Shown here in pieces: positions 27,716-42,553 of a DNA stretch of 64,000 nucleotides. Both the position numbers and the translations under genes were made by a program. Each line of letters starts with the position of its first letter. The stretch's first letter is position 1. This stretch comes from Octopus sinensis (Eukaryota). Location of the stretch: the NCBI RefSeq assembly GCF_006345805.1, contig NC_043008.1, forward strand, positions 7,936,001-8,000,000, in the 5' to 3' direction. The notes beneath the pieces were generated by a model, which was given only the letters and a program-made list of their open reading frames with translations, had not been told where the DNA came from and ran no database searches.

Positions 27716-29230
27716 TTAAATTTGCTGAGCTTCTTCATAAACAACATTTTTGTTCTTTCCTTGTGGGACATAAATAAACACATGATTAGTATTGCCGACT
27801 GTTGAGCATCCCACATAATTTTGGCCAAGGGACGAAACTGGTTCCGCAAGTTTCAGACTTACCACGTGGAAGGGCTGTCCCTGGACCTTGTTAATGCTCA
27901 TTGCAAAGCTCAGTTTTAGCGGGAATTGCAGGTGCTTGTACTAGAAAGGCATATCCAAGGGAATAACTAGAATTCTAGGAATGAATACAGGCCCACCGCT
28001 TGCTTTACCAGCCAAAATTCCTGTCTCCAAGATTGTTGGCATCATCTTTATAATAAGTCGTGTGTCATTGCAAAACTTTGGTGGATCGAGATGTCGAAGC
28101 AGCAAAGCTGGTGCAACAATCTTGAGGTGCAAGTTGTGAAGTGTGAGGCCAGGTTGTGTTAGACTATTCAAGATTTCAACTGGATAATTCACAGCTTTAT
28201 CGATGTTGAGTATAGTGTCAATGGAATTGTAGGTGTGACGCTCACCTTGCAACTGTTCCAGAAGTTTAAAGTTCAAATCATCAACTCCCGCATTCTTCAG
28301 AGCTAAAATGACTCGGGTTTTCAGCCAGTTGTGGAATGTAAACTGGTTCCTCGCATTAGGAAACATATTGGTCATTAGTTCTTTTAAATCACATACCATA
28401 TGTCCAAAAGGCAAGCTTACCCGGCCATAATTCTCTCCAACCGAATTGCCATTACCGACGTCCAACAGTTGCTTTGAAAAGGTTCTGTCTGCATCATCAC
28501 CACTGAGCCTGCACTTTCATGTTGGTAGTGAATCTTAGCTTTTGCAAACTACTCCATAGGTAGGACGACTTTATACTGGTATTTACTTCATCAGTTCTTG
28601 TCGCCTTTGGAACCAGTGGAAGGATTTGTCTAAAGTCTCCTGCAAGTAAGACTGTGACACCACCCATGAGCCTGGTATTGTGTCTCAGATACTGAAGGTA
28701 TATGTCAAGAGCTTCAAACGAAACCTTATGGCTCATTGTCGCTTCATCCCAGATGATCAACCTGCATTCATCCGGAAGTTTGCCCTTTATAGAACCACGA
28801 CTGATGTTGCAGTTTGCCTTCTCTTTCTTGGACAGGTCCAAAGAAATTTGAGACATGAATGATCTGTGAAGCCACCACTTAGCAGAGTTGCAGCTGTTCC
28901 ACTTGACACCACTGCTATGGCAATGTGCTTCATTCGGCGCAGTTTAGCCAGAAGCAGGTTGATGACAAATGTTTTGCCAGTTCCACCTGAAGCATCCAGA
29001 AAAAAAAAGCAACTCCTCTTTCAGTTTCAATGCTCCAAATAATGGTGTTATAAACACCCAATTCGTTCTTTATCAGCTATATACCCCCTCGTTTCCTCAA
29101 TGTCATAGCTGATTTTTCGCACGTACTCAAATGCGAGATGGTTTGCTACCTACTCCGGTTGAGGCGGAGCTTGCACTCGGGTGTCCAGGTCAAGTAATGC
29201 CTCATTGTTAATGGTGTTATTGAAGGTGGC
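27716..29230 (-). mobile_element. Decayed autonomous Helitron, PIF1-family helicase of Rep/Hel
   Basis: Frameshifted minus-strand motifs: DASGGTGKTFVIN (Walker A, about 28960-28996), IIWDEATMSHK, GDFRQILP, VILALKNAGVDDLN, SINKVQGQ and KNVVYEE; upstream NEALLDLD resembles the Rep/Hel linker. Confidence 0.92.
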
Positions 29231-32185
29231 GATTTCCGCTGAGATAGCTCCATCAGAAATAAACCAACTGCAGTCGTTTTTTTTGGACACTAAAGAAAGA
29301 AGGTTTTTTACTCTATGTTGCAATGGACAATCACCCATTCTCAGGTTTGCAAAATTTTGTTGTCCATCTCCAAAATGCTCAACAGTTTCAAGCATTCGCA
29401 CTTATACTTCTATTCACTTCACATCAATTTACGACCTCATTCATATTCGATGTTCATATTTTAAAGTTATATGCAATTATTTTGTTATTTTCCGATTTCT
29501 GTAACTAAAAGCAATTTGATCATATGTTTTGATTTTTGTAGGTTGCCGTCAATATAAAGATAATTTATTCTATGTGTATTGTTGATCTTACATTATTTTC
29601 CATTCAGTTATGTATTCTATGGTCAATCTATAATGGTTTTCTCGTCTTTATACACATTATATATCATTATCTTTTAATCTTGTTCTCTAACATTGGTAGT
29701 TCTTTTAGCCCGAAGTTATAACATATGCTTAATAAATGAACGATTACAATAGTCACGCTGATAATAAATTTTGGCATTCTGTTGTGTCTTACATTTTATT
29801 GTTAATGACAATATAAAATTCCTTCTGAAGCTGTGGTTTCATTTCAGTATATTTTATTCACTTCATTGATATTTAAATATTTCTGAGACTGCATTTCGTC
29901 TAATTCTCAACTTCATTTATTACTATGTCTAGTATGGTTTTAGTATTCTTGATAAAATGTCCACAGTTTATATATGGCCTGACGCATTTGTTTTCATCCC
30001 ATGGCAATAGTTTTTGTATATAACCTGTATTGAGACACATGCAGTTTATAAATACAGGTCATATACAAAACACCATTGTGTTTTTCCCCATCTGTGTTAA
30101 ATCCAGAATAGTATGCAATATAAAATGATACTCAAAATGATTAAGCTTTAGACAGAAATATATTGTGAAATGGAGTCCAGTGTGGACATAATTTCTAGAA
30201 TCCCATCTGTTTGTATCTGCAAACATTTGAGATCTGTCCGCGGCTTCCGCAGATTATCCTCATAATATTGGTTCATATTTACTCATAGCTATTATTTTCC
30301 ATACTCTTTGGTTAACGTAATATAAACTTTTGTTACTTCATCTATCTTGTGCTTAAACACACCCATTTCCTTCTATCACGTTCTCGTTTGGCTATGTCGA
30401 TTATCGTTTCAGTCATTCGGATATTTATCATTTATCTTTATGTTCTTGCACGTAGATTATTTGGGTTTTGATGTACATAATCGGTCTATTCAAGCTGGTG
30501 TAGCCACCATTATAATTAATAGAATAGGTGCTACATATATCATTTTATACCACTGTCACTATAGATGCTCGAGTTACTTTTAATTATGGTAGACAGAATT
30601 ATTGTTGTCTATGAATGGTAAAGTTTCAGACTTCGAAGATAGCGTCATAGGCTCATATCCAACACGCCTCCATAGAAAATGAGATTCATTATATTTTAAC
30701 TGTCGCACTGCACGCTTTCCATAACTACTGCGGCTTGTAGGCCACAACTGTGGCGATACTTTGTACCAGGACAGAATGCCATTACTTGTAGGAGTGAGGA
30801 ATTTCGCTCGTCACTGGCAATCTTGTTTCTTTAATAAACGACCTCAGAACTTCCACGCACTCCACGGATATAGGGAAAAACATTATATCAAAAAGCCGTT
30901 ACCGTTTCGTGCCAAAGCCCAAAATCTCAAGCGTTCGTGATATTCTGATTTTTCCTTTCTGCATTAATTTTGGAGGGACTCGTCGCGCAGGAAACCAATA
31001 AATGAGTAAAATACACTGGAATGAAACAACAGCTTCACAAAGAAATTTATATTGACATTAACAATAATATATAAAACGGAGCAGAATACCATTTGAATGG
31101 TTGTTGTAGGTGGTATATTTGACTAATTTTTGGTGAAACAACATCCTGTATTTTGCTTAACTAAAGTTATTATGATTAGCTGTGTATATGTATTGAATAA
31201 TATGCAATGATTTATGCTTAATTTGGGTGTTACTTTAGGTTTTGGTTTAGCTATTTTAGGTGTTTGACTTGTAAATGTAATATACGAATATTCGTGCTCT
31301 ATGCTCTAAATTTTCACATTTTTTTATGTTTGTTTCCTCTTCGTTGTTTCAATGTAGATCCTGCTTAGTGGTTGAATGTTTACGTTTGGCTCGGATTACT
31401 TGTCATTTACATGTATAGGAGTATAGTCCAATAATTTCGCTTCTAATGAAGAGCATGTTACGTAAAAATATATTCCATTCTTATTTCTGATTCATTTATG
31501 TTTCTCTGGATTTCATTGCGAAATATATTGAGAAATATTGTCAATTTAATTAAGTTTTCATCCTATTTTCGAGTAGTGGTATATTTATCTGGAAACTTGA
31601 TATTTAGAATGAGTCATTTTTTATGTTTGATTTATATTCGTAATAACTATGGGCTAACTGACTTAGATATTTTTTGAACGGTCATCTGCGTAGTAAATGC
31701 GACTAAGTAACTAGTATTGCTAAAGAATCGAAGGTGAAGTGCGATGTAATCAGGTCTAAACAGTGTTTACTTCCCTTTACTTATTTGTGTTGCTTAACCA
31801 AAAGGGGCTTCACGGATTACATTTCAATTACAAATTGCGAATATTGTATGTTTGATAATATATCGTAGTTGTGTTATATATGTATTAATCACTTCTATGT
31901 TGTTTTTCCATTGTTTATTGCCAGACACATTTACTGCTTCTCGCAAGATTACAAAATGGTGTCTTGCTCGTCCCTAAAGTTTCTTTTATAATTGCTAGGA
32001 AGACCATTTAATTGTGTACACACGTACACACATTGACAAACATTAAGGGACACATACACACAGACACGGACAGATACACACAAACACGGCGGGAGCACAC
32101 ACACGCGCACACTCACACACAGAAAAAGAAGCACACGTAAAGACAGGCAACGGCACACCCCAAAAATGTGTACTTTGCGGATGAC

Positions 32186-32193
32186 ATTAAAAC

Positions 32194-32253
<60 letters not shown>
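32186..32253. repeat. (TTA)n tract, the (TAA)n tail or target of an R4/Dong fragment
   Basis: Direct reading. Confidence 0.95.
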
Positions 32254-32579
<326 letters not shown>

Positions 32580-32966
32580 GTTATTATTATTATTATTATT
32601 ATAAGTATTAGTTTTATTATTGCGGTGGCGCAATGGCCCATTAGGAGTACACGTGTCTATCCTCTCTGTCGCTCTCTATCCCTTTCTCCTCTGCCAGCTG
32701 CTGACACGTGCTCCGTGCCAGTTCTACTTCATTCTCTCTTTCTCGCTGGCAGACTAACAGTGCGATCACAAAAATGTTTCTTTGTCTAGCTATTTACTGT
32801 TGTCCATATCCTTCAGAATATTTTCTCGCCTTTTGGCTGCAAACCTGTATTTTACTCGTTTCGCCTTTGTCCAATGTCTTAAATTACATTCTTTTTTTTT
32901 TTACCTTTCGTATGTCCACTCAGTCCCGTTTTCTTTGCTTGACGCACATTCTTGGTGTCTTTGCAG

Positions 32967-33037
32967 GCACCGCCAAGATGGGAAAACCTTCAGCTTCATC
33001 ATTAAAGATGCGAAACTAATTATTACCAATCTGGTTG
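32967..33037 (+). other. Candidate isolated exon
   Basis: Pyrimidine-rich acceptor TCTTTGCAG|G, donor-like TTG|GTAAAT, and one open frame HRQDGKTFSFIIKDAKLIITNLV. No homologue recognised. Confidence 0.3.
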
Positions 33038-33526
33038 GTAAATTATGATGAATTAGGGAACCCGTGTGTCATATACGTATACGCTTTTTATCTGTCGTTG
33101 TCTATTTATAATACATTGTTTCATATATATCTGTGTATGTGTGTGAGTCTGTGTGTACATGAGTTTATGTGTGTGTGTGTGTGCGTGTGCGTGTATTGTG
33201 TGTGTGTGTAAAATATAAGTGAGATTCAGTTGGATCAAGTACATCATTTGAAAAAAAAACGTTCTCGTCAGATGACTTCGAAAATAAAGGATAGCTCTAC
33301 CGTAATGAGTGGACACCTGGACACCTTCGTTACTCGTATAAGTTCCAATAAAGTGGTAGCCACCACAGTGATAACATGCTGTTAAACAGATGTCCAGGCT
33401 GTCGAGAATTCTAAGCGAACATGGAATCATTACGTAGGGAAGCGAATTTACGCCTATCGACAAACGGGCTATATTTTGAATCAATCACACACGCATATAT
33501 ATTTGCATACATATGTGTTCGTTCTC

Positions 33527-33568
<42 letters not shown>

Positions 33569-34189
33569 GTGTGTGTGTGTGTTGTGCAGTATATTATATA
33601 TGTGCGTATTCGTATTTATACATGAACTTATATTTCATTTCTGTTTTACCTGCAATTTCACTATACTCAGGGTTGACATATTTCCAAATATATAAACGTT
33701 GGATTAAGCCATTTATTTGATAATTGATTAACCATTGTAGGAATTCCATGTTGTTCTATACAGTTATTCTGTATTCTTCAATCAAGTACGTCTTATTTAC
33801 CTAAAGGGAAAACAAGATTTAGGCTTAGCGTACACTCTTTGGTTAATTTAATAATACTTCTGAAATATGAATGCTGCAATGGACTTGAGGCCATATGATA
33901 GGATATCATTCTGTATATAAATGCACTATTGCGACTATATCTTGTGGGTTTCTAATATAATTGCTAATATAAAATGATTAACAATGTTCAGTGTATTTCA
34001 TGTAGGTTGGCTGCTTCAACAAATATGTAAAGCTCTCTATCTGTATTGGTTAAATATATATACAGAAATATAGATATCATTACAGGCAAGCATGTATACA
34101 TATACACATATGCATCTATGTACTCACCGGTTTAGGTATATGTATATCCGCTTGACCACGCACGTGTTGATATATATATGTGTGTGTTT

Positions 34190-34378
34190 GTGTGTCTGTG
34201 TTTGTCCCCCTAGCATTGCTTGACAACCGATGCTGGTGTGTTTATGTCCCCATTACTTAGCTGTTCGGCAAAACAGACCGATAGAATAAGCCCAGGGGTC
34301 GAGTTGCTCGATTAAAGGTGGTGCTCCAGCATGGCCGCAGTCAAATGACTGAAACAAGTAAAAGAGTAAAAAGAGAGT
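34190..34378 (+). mobile_element. SINE 3' half (family A)
   Basis: Closely matches 1578..1785. Confidence 0.9.
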
Positions 34379-34384
34379 ATAAGA

Positions 34385-34439
<55 letters not shown>

Positions 34440-34739
34440 GGTATGTATGTGTGTGTGTGTATGTGTGTGTGTATGTGTGTGTGTGTGTATATCATATTCA
34501 TATATATAGTAGCAGAAATACCCGGCGCTACTTGGGATTAAAATGCCATGGCTTGTATATTATATATTACAGTTATTCTGGAACACGTGATACGGGAAAG
34601 TGCAACATTGACGACAAACCATTTGTGGAGTAAATTTTAAAGCTTTGCGGAAACGACAATTTGAGCGTCAAACAAATACACTTTGCTTTGCTTGTTGTTC
34701 ATACACCTGTGTTCCTCTTTTGTTTTCCGTAAATTCCAA

Positions 34740-35041
<302 letters not shown>

Positions 35042-35196
35042 AGTAGTAGTAATTATAGTAGTATATGGAACTTACTACTGTATATACTGATCTCTACAGA
35101 AGTTCCAGACGCTAAAAGTCATATTTACATACCGAAATTTACCGGTAAATAATTGTTGGTTGTCTAAAAAACCACGAAAAAATTATTTGCCCTTTT

Positions 35197-35283
<87 letters not shown>

Positions 35284-38200
35284 TTTATAAAGTAATCATT
35301 AGTTCTTTATATTGACGCATAGTTTGTTGAGAAATGTTCATTCAGAAGCTAGCTGATGTCGATCTCCACTAAGAAATGTTGTTTTTTTATCGGCTGTGTT
35401 ACGATGACGTCTGAAAATGAAGACTTATCAATGTTTTACTTCATTTCCATAGCTATTCGCACAAATAAACGTAGACGATATAAAATAAACCTGTCGTTTA
35501 TTTTTCAAAGAAAATAAGGAAAACGAAAGTAAATAAAAGGAGATAGGTATCTTAAAAATTTTGGCACCCCAGATAACTCCTACTATATAAATGAAAGGGA
35601 TTTAATCTCAAATTGTATAATTCATGTTGTTTCCAATGTTCATCTTGTGTCAATATCTTGTGGTGCAGAAGATTTCTGTGGAATGCCAGAAATCCACCTA
35701 ACTCAATCCTGCCATCTACACACCTGTAGCTTCTTTGTAGTCGAAACCCAATCAACGAAGAAGCTTCAGCACGATTGCTTGATGGATTAGAATTACCAGG
35801 CAACTTTCATTGTGATAGTGCAAATGAAAGGTTTAAATACCACCCGGCATAAAGAGTACCTGAAGGCATAAAGAAAGATTAGTGAAGGCTTGAGTATGGT
35901 TCAACATAAACTGATTACACATGGAGTGGCCTAGGGCTAAACATAACTAGCAACAACATAATTGAATTATTTTATTTCAGTTCATGCATGATACCAATGG
36001 ACTTTTATCTTCTTATCTATTTTTCAGTGTACAGCTAATTGCTTAGTGGACAGGTTACATGTCTCTTTTGAGGTGACAGTGTGGAGCGAATGTTTTATAT
36101 TCGGAAACTAATCAGCCTCAAGGCAGAAACAAACTGAAAATACTTGCCACAAAATTTATCTGCATGAAATATAAAAGAAACAACTAAAGAAATCGGTGTT
36201 TATTAGAAGAAATCTAGATATTTCTCTCCGATCGAAGAAACGTGAATGTAGATTGAGAGCCGTTGAACAAATTTGCAACGTAAACCGGCTTCATTAATAT
36301 AGAAAATATGTTCAATTATTAATTGCGTAATTATAAGTTCCTTCGAGTTTTAGTTAAAAAAATTGCGTTCTATAATTCTTTGATGTGTGATCGGCCTAAA
36401 ATTAGCTGCATCTCATGTATTGGCAAAATGCATATTATTTGCATTGAACCTCATAAGAACATAAAAATGAAATTTAAGGCTAAACATTAAACAAAAGAAA
36501 TTAGAATGAGCTATTAGGAAAAGGATCAGAATATCGAACAGCTAGCAATTAAGGGCATTTTACAAGCGAACTACTTGCAGAAAATAAAACAAAAATATTA
36601 TCGCTCGTAATTTTTGGATTAGCATTGAGAATCAAATATTTGTTTTAATGTCGTAAATTAAAGATCTAATTAGTGTGGGTGAATAATCGTTATGCAACGT
36701 AATGTATTTAGTATTTTTCCATATTGGGTTTTAAATATTTTGCTTTTCTTCGATTGGCGACATATAAAGGAAATAAATGTTATTAATTTCAATACGGAAC
36801 ATCTTTAGATCTTCAAATCGAACTACCAAATTATAATTGGTTTCGGTATTATTGTTGTGCAATCAAGCTAATTTTACTGTTGTGAAACGGTATTTCCCCA
36901 TTTAGTCATTTATTTAATTTTGAATGGCTAAAAATTTCTATAACGGCGAAAACAGTGAAAACTATGTACAATCAGACAGTTTTCACAGAGAGGAAGGGAG
37001 AGAGAGAGAGGGAGAGAGAAAAATAGAGAGGCACAGACTGAGACAGAGAGAGGAAGGGAGAAACAAAATACTAACATACGCATATACTTAAATATATGCT
37101 TCTACACAAATATCACACGGAAATATATACACACTCATAAATATATGTATGCATGCATATCTTGCTATATGTGTGTGTATGTGTGTGTGTGTGTGTTTAT
37201 ATACAAGAAAGTACGGTGGAGAGAGACAAGAGGATGGAAATATTTAAGTAAATATGTTTTCGTTCATTTGTGTATGAACAAGTTTCCGTTTCTTTATGAC
37301 TCTTAGACATTCATAGCCTTTACCAAATATTTTCTAGTAATTTGTAAAGGAACGTCAGTGAATAACTGGATTATAAGAATTAAGCTATATATAGTGAAAT
37401 TCGTTTCCTTTTATTACCATATCAATAGAGTCCAGATATATAAAGAACTCTAACTCAAGATATTTACTTGACATGCAGTGCACAAACATTTTCATTATTC
37501 AATATTGTAGCGTACTTTTAGGTGTATATAATACCCTCATTACACACGGCTTCCACATAGGACTTTCCTTCTGCAGATTCATATTCTCGCAAAATTAACG
37601 GATTCCTCCACACAAAAGTTCATTCATAGCATCACACACGCAACCACACACAAAAACTCTTAGATATATATAGTCATTTATAAATATATACATACGTGGA
37701 TGTAGATATATACATTTATAGATGATATATTTGCATATAAGTGTAAATATGTTTAATAAGTCTTCTTCAAGCGCTTAATACTGAGATGGGTTTTACAACA
37801 TTTTAGCAGGAATTTCTGACCCAATTTGCTCTTGTAATTCTTCAATATCTTATTGTGTGAATCTGACAAAAACATTAATATATTTGAGTAGTCTTCATAT
37901 ACCTATAGAAGACTCCAAATTATGACATCTCATATGGTCTGTTTTTCAAAGGAATAATTGTGGTGTTGACAAAATGTTTTGGGGTAAGATTAGAATACGC
38001 CTAAAGAATACTCCTTTACCAGTGTAATCACTTCATAAGATATTCTATGCTCTTAAGAGAAGCGTGGTGTTCGTAGCGCCATGGCGGTCTTGCACATCCT
38101 TCCTAGTCCTGGTTTCGAATCCAGCAAATGTTATGAAAAGTAAACACTCTCAAATGAGATCAAACTTATTGACCTCAAAAAAGCTGATTTCCAGAATTGG

Positions 38201-39338
38201 GAGGTTTGTTCAAATTACTCAGTTTGCATTCTTTGTGTGGAAAAACATCTTTCTTACTGCTAATTACGTAAAGGTCCATTTTAGATAATACGTTCTCAGT
38301 TTCCCAGCTTCATATGAAAGCTGAGCACCAGCAACCCAAGCATTACGGATGACCAAATGCAAGCTTGTTACAGCTCAACTGACTTAATCGTAATATGGTT
38401 GTATTTATTCATCTCCCGATTAATAGTTTCTGAACTATTTACTTTATTTTGTGTGAAAGTATGGATTCGCTCATGTATAAAATTTACTGCGCACTTCTGC
38501 CTCTTGCTCGAATATATCCTTGTATTCATAACGATGTCTAATGAATTCTAGCGTTTACTAGCGAATACATTATGAGTTTCCTGCATAGGTTGTGTAAACA
38601 AACACATACGTACACACATCGCATATATTCTAATGCTTCATACTTCATAGCCTTCATGATAATTAATTAACTTTCGCTACATTTCCATTTTAATAGTTTT
38701 GCACAAAAATTTTAATTATGGCCTTCAGGATTGTTTAGTTATAATTCCTTTTTTAAAATTTACATTGACATCTTTAAGTAGTGGACACAAGACCCTAGGT
38801 TTTGGGCGCAGGAAAGTATGCCCATATGGTTACATTTTCGAAATCAAGATTTTTCATAACCATGGCGGCCTCACTAAATTGTTCCCTAGCAGCTCAATAT
38901 GTCATGAAACAAATACATGCCATTTGACTGCTTTCCATATAAGGTGGTACGGAGCCTCTTTGAGTCAGCGAAGCATACGTTCGGTGAGTAACCAATTATT
39001 ACTAATGTGCAATTATATCAGACCTCTGTTATCACGTGAAGTGTATAATTATTCATTTTCTGACATCACCACGCAGAAACTCCAACCTCATTACTTTAAC
39101 ATAAATAGCGGACAGTTTTCTTCTGTCAAGTATTTGAGTTCGAACAAAGTATATTTTGAACAAGATTGATTGTATGTATATTTTTCTCGCCTGTCTACGC
39201 CACTGGTGAGCTATTTTAAGTGCCACTTCGGGCTGAAGTTGCAGGCAGACCTGAAAAGATATTGCGCCTAGGGTTTCTGCTAGAATGTGTCTGCGAGTGA
39301 CAGGAATATATTGTGTGAAATGACTTTATTAGCAGAAT

Positions 39339-39377
<39 letters not shown>

Positions 39378-40137
39378 GAAAACAGTATTAGAGAGCAATT
39401 GCGTTTGGAAATGAGGATAAACCTAGATCATTGTTATTCAACGCAGAATGTCGATGGCTGGGCGCTTACTGGAAATTCCTACTGTATTGTTTTATTTGTA
39501 TTCAGTCGTTTCCCTGAGTGTTTACATCTCAAAATTAATTCTGCGAAAATATTTGTCATTTTTATATTTGTTCTTATCAGTTCCCTACTTTGTAAGTGTT
39601 GTGGCAAAGCAAAACGTTACTAAAACTATCAATTATTATTATATGGCCTTGAGTGCTTGCCTATAAACAACTACGAGTACGACGGTTCCATTCTAAGAAT
39701 ACTTAATAAGTATATTTTTCAGTGAATCTGGAAGAGAATCGACTTATATGAATATACACTGTGTCACTGAAGGGTTAAAACGATTCGGTAGATCAGATGT
39801 TTAGCCATGACTTCATTTTAAACATGCCATTCATAGTTGAAAGTACTCTGAGATATTCTCAACATAATGGCAGTATCCGTACTTCAGGTCAATAACATAA
39901 GGAAGTAATCCACCTAACAACGGTTATTACCAAATTTCACTGCTAAATACGTTAACAGAAAGGACAAAAATATACTGCGTTTGATTTCTTTATTAGCCAC
40001 AAGGGATCAAAATAGAGGGGACAAACAAACAGACAGGACACTACAGAGGGGACAATACATAGAACGAATATGAATGAGATTATTATATAACAATGAGGTT
40101 ATGAATGGCTGCATGCACACCTCATCCCATGCAGTAC

Positions 40138-40288
40138 TTATTTCTTTACTACCCACAAGGGGCTAAACACAGAGAAGACAACTAATGACAGACAAACGGA
40201 TTAAGTCGATTATATCGACCCCAGTGCGTAACTGGTACTTAATTTAATCGACCCCTAAAGGATGAACGGCAAAGTCGACCTCAACGGA
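40138..40288 (-). mobile_element. 5'-truncated SINE (family B) with a 14-bp target-site duplication
   Basis: Flanked by ATCCCATGCAGTAC at 40124..40137 and 40289..40302; the body matches 23201. Confidence 0.9.
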
Positions 40289-42044
40289 ATCCCATGCAGT
40301 ACCATTAATCCTTTTTTACAGTCCATTTTTAACATGTATTTACATAACAATTACTTATCGAGTTACATACCATTGCAAGTATTTGAACCGTTGTATACAT
40401 TCTCTGAAATTGTTCTTCTATTTTTCAATATTTTTTAAACATAACAAAAGTAACATACTTATGTTCTTTTTAGTAGTATTTCCTTAATGGTTCAATTTCT
40501 AACAAATCCACTACTGGTGGCAATTCTTTGAAGTCCACCCTTACTCCTGGTGGGTCAATACTATCTAAAATATACTACGTTTACTACCATCAATACAATA
40601 GAAACAAATGTATTTTGCAACTAATATGAGTGTTGAAGACATCTATCAAATAAGTCAACCCAAAAACAAGAAAAAGAAAAAGGAAAAAAAAAAAGAAATG
40701 CATGAGGTATATCGGAAAAGTTCATTTTCCTGTGAAGTATCAATTTTGTAAAAGATAAAAGGAGAGTCAGAGAGATTTTTCATACACTTCATTAAGGAAG
40801 CCGAAAGTTTTATGAATCGACTTGCCATATGATCTGTGTTCAATTGGCAGGGTTTCAGTTTATAACATGACCGAGTAGACAGAGTGCGAAGATGAGTATA
40901 AAATGCAGGCAATGTTGGAGTCTCACAAACCTGTGCGCATTCTTAAGATACAACAGACAAGCAGCGAATACGAAACCGTAAAAGCTTCCTACCCTTCGTC
41001 AGCGTTACAGATTTTTTATCTGCAAATACAGATAATATAAAATTTCGGTGAATATTTTGCATTCCTACTGTGAAGATCTTAGCAACTCAAATTTTACTAA
41101 TTTCCGAAGACAAAATAGAGACTAGAATTCGACCACCTCAAGAGAATGGAATGTGCTGTTTCAGATAAAAGCAAATTTGTATCTCCTTACTTGAGAAACT
41201 AAAAACAAATCGAGAAACAATCTAACTCATTTGAAAAATGGCCTCGAAGAAAGGGGATTGTGTTGCCAATTGTTTGCTTGAACTATAATAGCAATGTGTG
41301 TAATAGGAAATGTACCTGGGAACAAATTTAAAGGTGAGGCAGAATATTTAGTCAAACACCTGCACACAGACTTTGTTGTAAATAGAAAAGAAACACAAGA
41401 GTCAAAGCGAGAGACATTAATGACTGCATTAATTATTAATTCGTGTTATCTTTGTACCATAGTAGCTGCATCTTGTGAACACTGAGGCGACATTTGATCG
41501 TGTATACGTGGAGATATATATGGATGCTCATGATATCGGAAAACCACAAAACTCTCGTTAAACTGTATCCTTTTTTGGACTACAGATGAAATCAATTAGC
41601 GTTGTGCTGCATCGGAGAAACATCATTCATTAAACATATGGCAGAGAGAGATATGATTGAAGCTGATGTCGCTAAAGATAACAAGCGAATAAAAGACACA
41701 GGTGGCAAGGAGCAGTTTTATTATTTGGTTTCAGTAGGTGGCTGTTTCCTTTATGTATTCAGTTAAGCACGTTACTGATACGACGGTATCTATGGTGAAA
41801 GCAAGGTTTACCGTCTACAGCTACTTCCACTACAATCAATAGCAAGTTCGACCTGATTCAGCCCCAACAAAACGAACGTTCAAATTCTGCAGCTGTCTTC
41901 ACTCTATCACTATGCTTGCATGAAGTGGAAGATAATCACAAATATCACACATACACACTCGCTCACACAGACACACACGCACACACACATGCATATACAT
42001 ATATATAGTTATGCGCGCGTGGGCGTGTCTGTATACACTATATT

Positions 42045-42553
42045 TACAGGGGTTGGACAAAATCATAATTTTGAAATATCTATAAAATCGTCAAAAACCT
42101 CTTTAGTTTTATGTTTTTTTCACTTATTATTAGAGTTGCTTAATATGTTTTGCTGAAACTTGCTGTTACTTTTCAGATATCATCAGAAAAAGTAATTAAA
42201 ATTCATTAAAATTACAGAGCTATCGGACTTTCCAAGAGGTCAAATTGTATGGCAGGCGCTAGCGTAAATAAAACAGCCGAAATGTTTGGTTTATCAAGGA
42301 ATTCGGTTTTGAAAGTAATGATAGCCTTTGAGAAAGAGGAAAAAACCTCCTCGTCGAAACAAAAATCCGGGAGAAAACTAAAGCTTTCAGATAGGGACCG
42401 TCGGACTCTTACGCTAATCGTTAGAAAGGATCACATAAGTATAGCTCCCAAAATTACTGCAGAGCTTAATGAACACCACGGGAACCCAGTTTCCACAAAA
42501 ACTGTTCGCCGGGAGCTGCACAAAACCGAATTTCACTAGAGGGCTGCAATCAG
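42045..42553 (+). mobile_element. Tc1-like transposon, left end and N-terminal transposase (truncated)
   Basis: TA plus a TIR-like start CAGGGGTTGGACAAAA; ELSDFPRGQIV..MAGASVNKTAEMFGLSR...SGRKLKLSDRDRRTL...ITAELN...PVSTKTVRRELHK is the Tc1 paired-like HTH; stop codon followed by RAAI. Confidence 0.92.

Noticed and set aside
29500-30100. Possible PLE RT remnant (VRPYINCGHFIKNT)
   Set aside because: Only one loose motif; I could not find the downstream RT motifs in any frame.
33053-33484. 143-aa minus-strand ORF
   Set aside because: The C-terminal third is microsatellite and I recognise no family in the rest.
38699-39310. 156-aa ORF on + and a ~75-codon open frame on -
   Set aside because: No recognisable domain, splice context or repeat motif; left unannotated.
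40965-41005. CTGACGA on the minus strand close to GAAACCGTA on the plus strand
   Set aside because: The two half-motifs are on opposite strands and cannot form one ribozyme.
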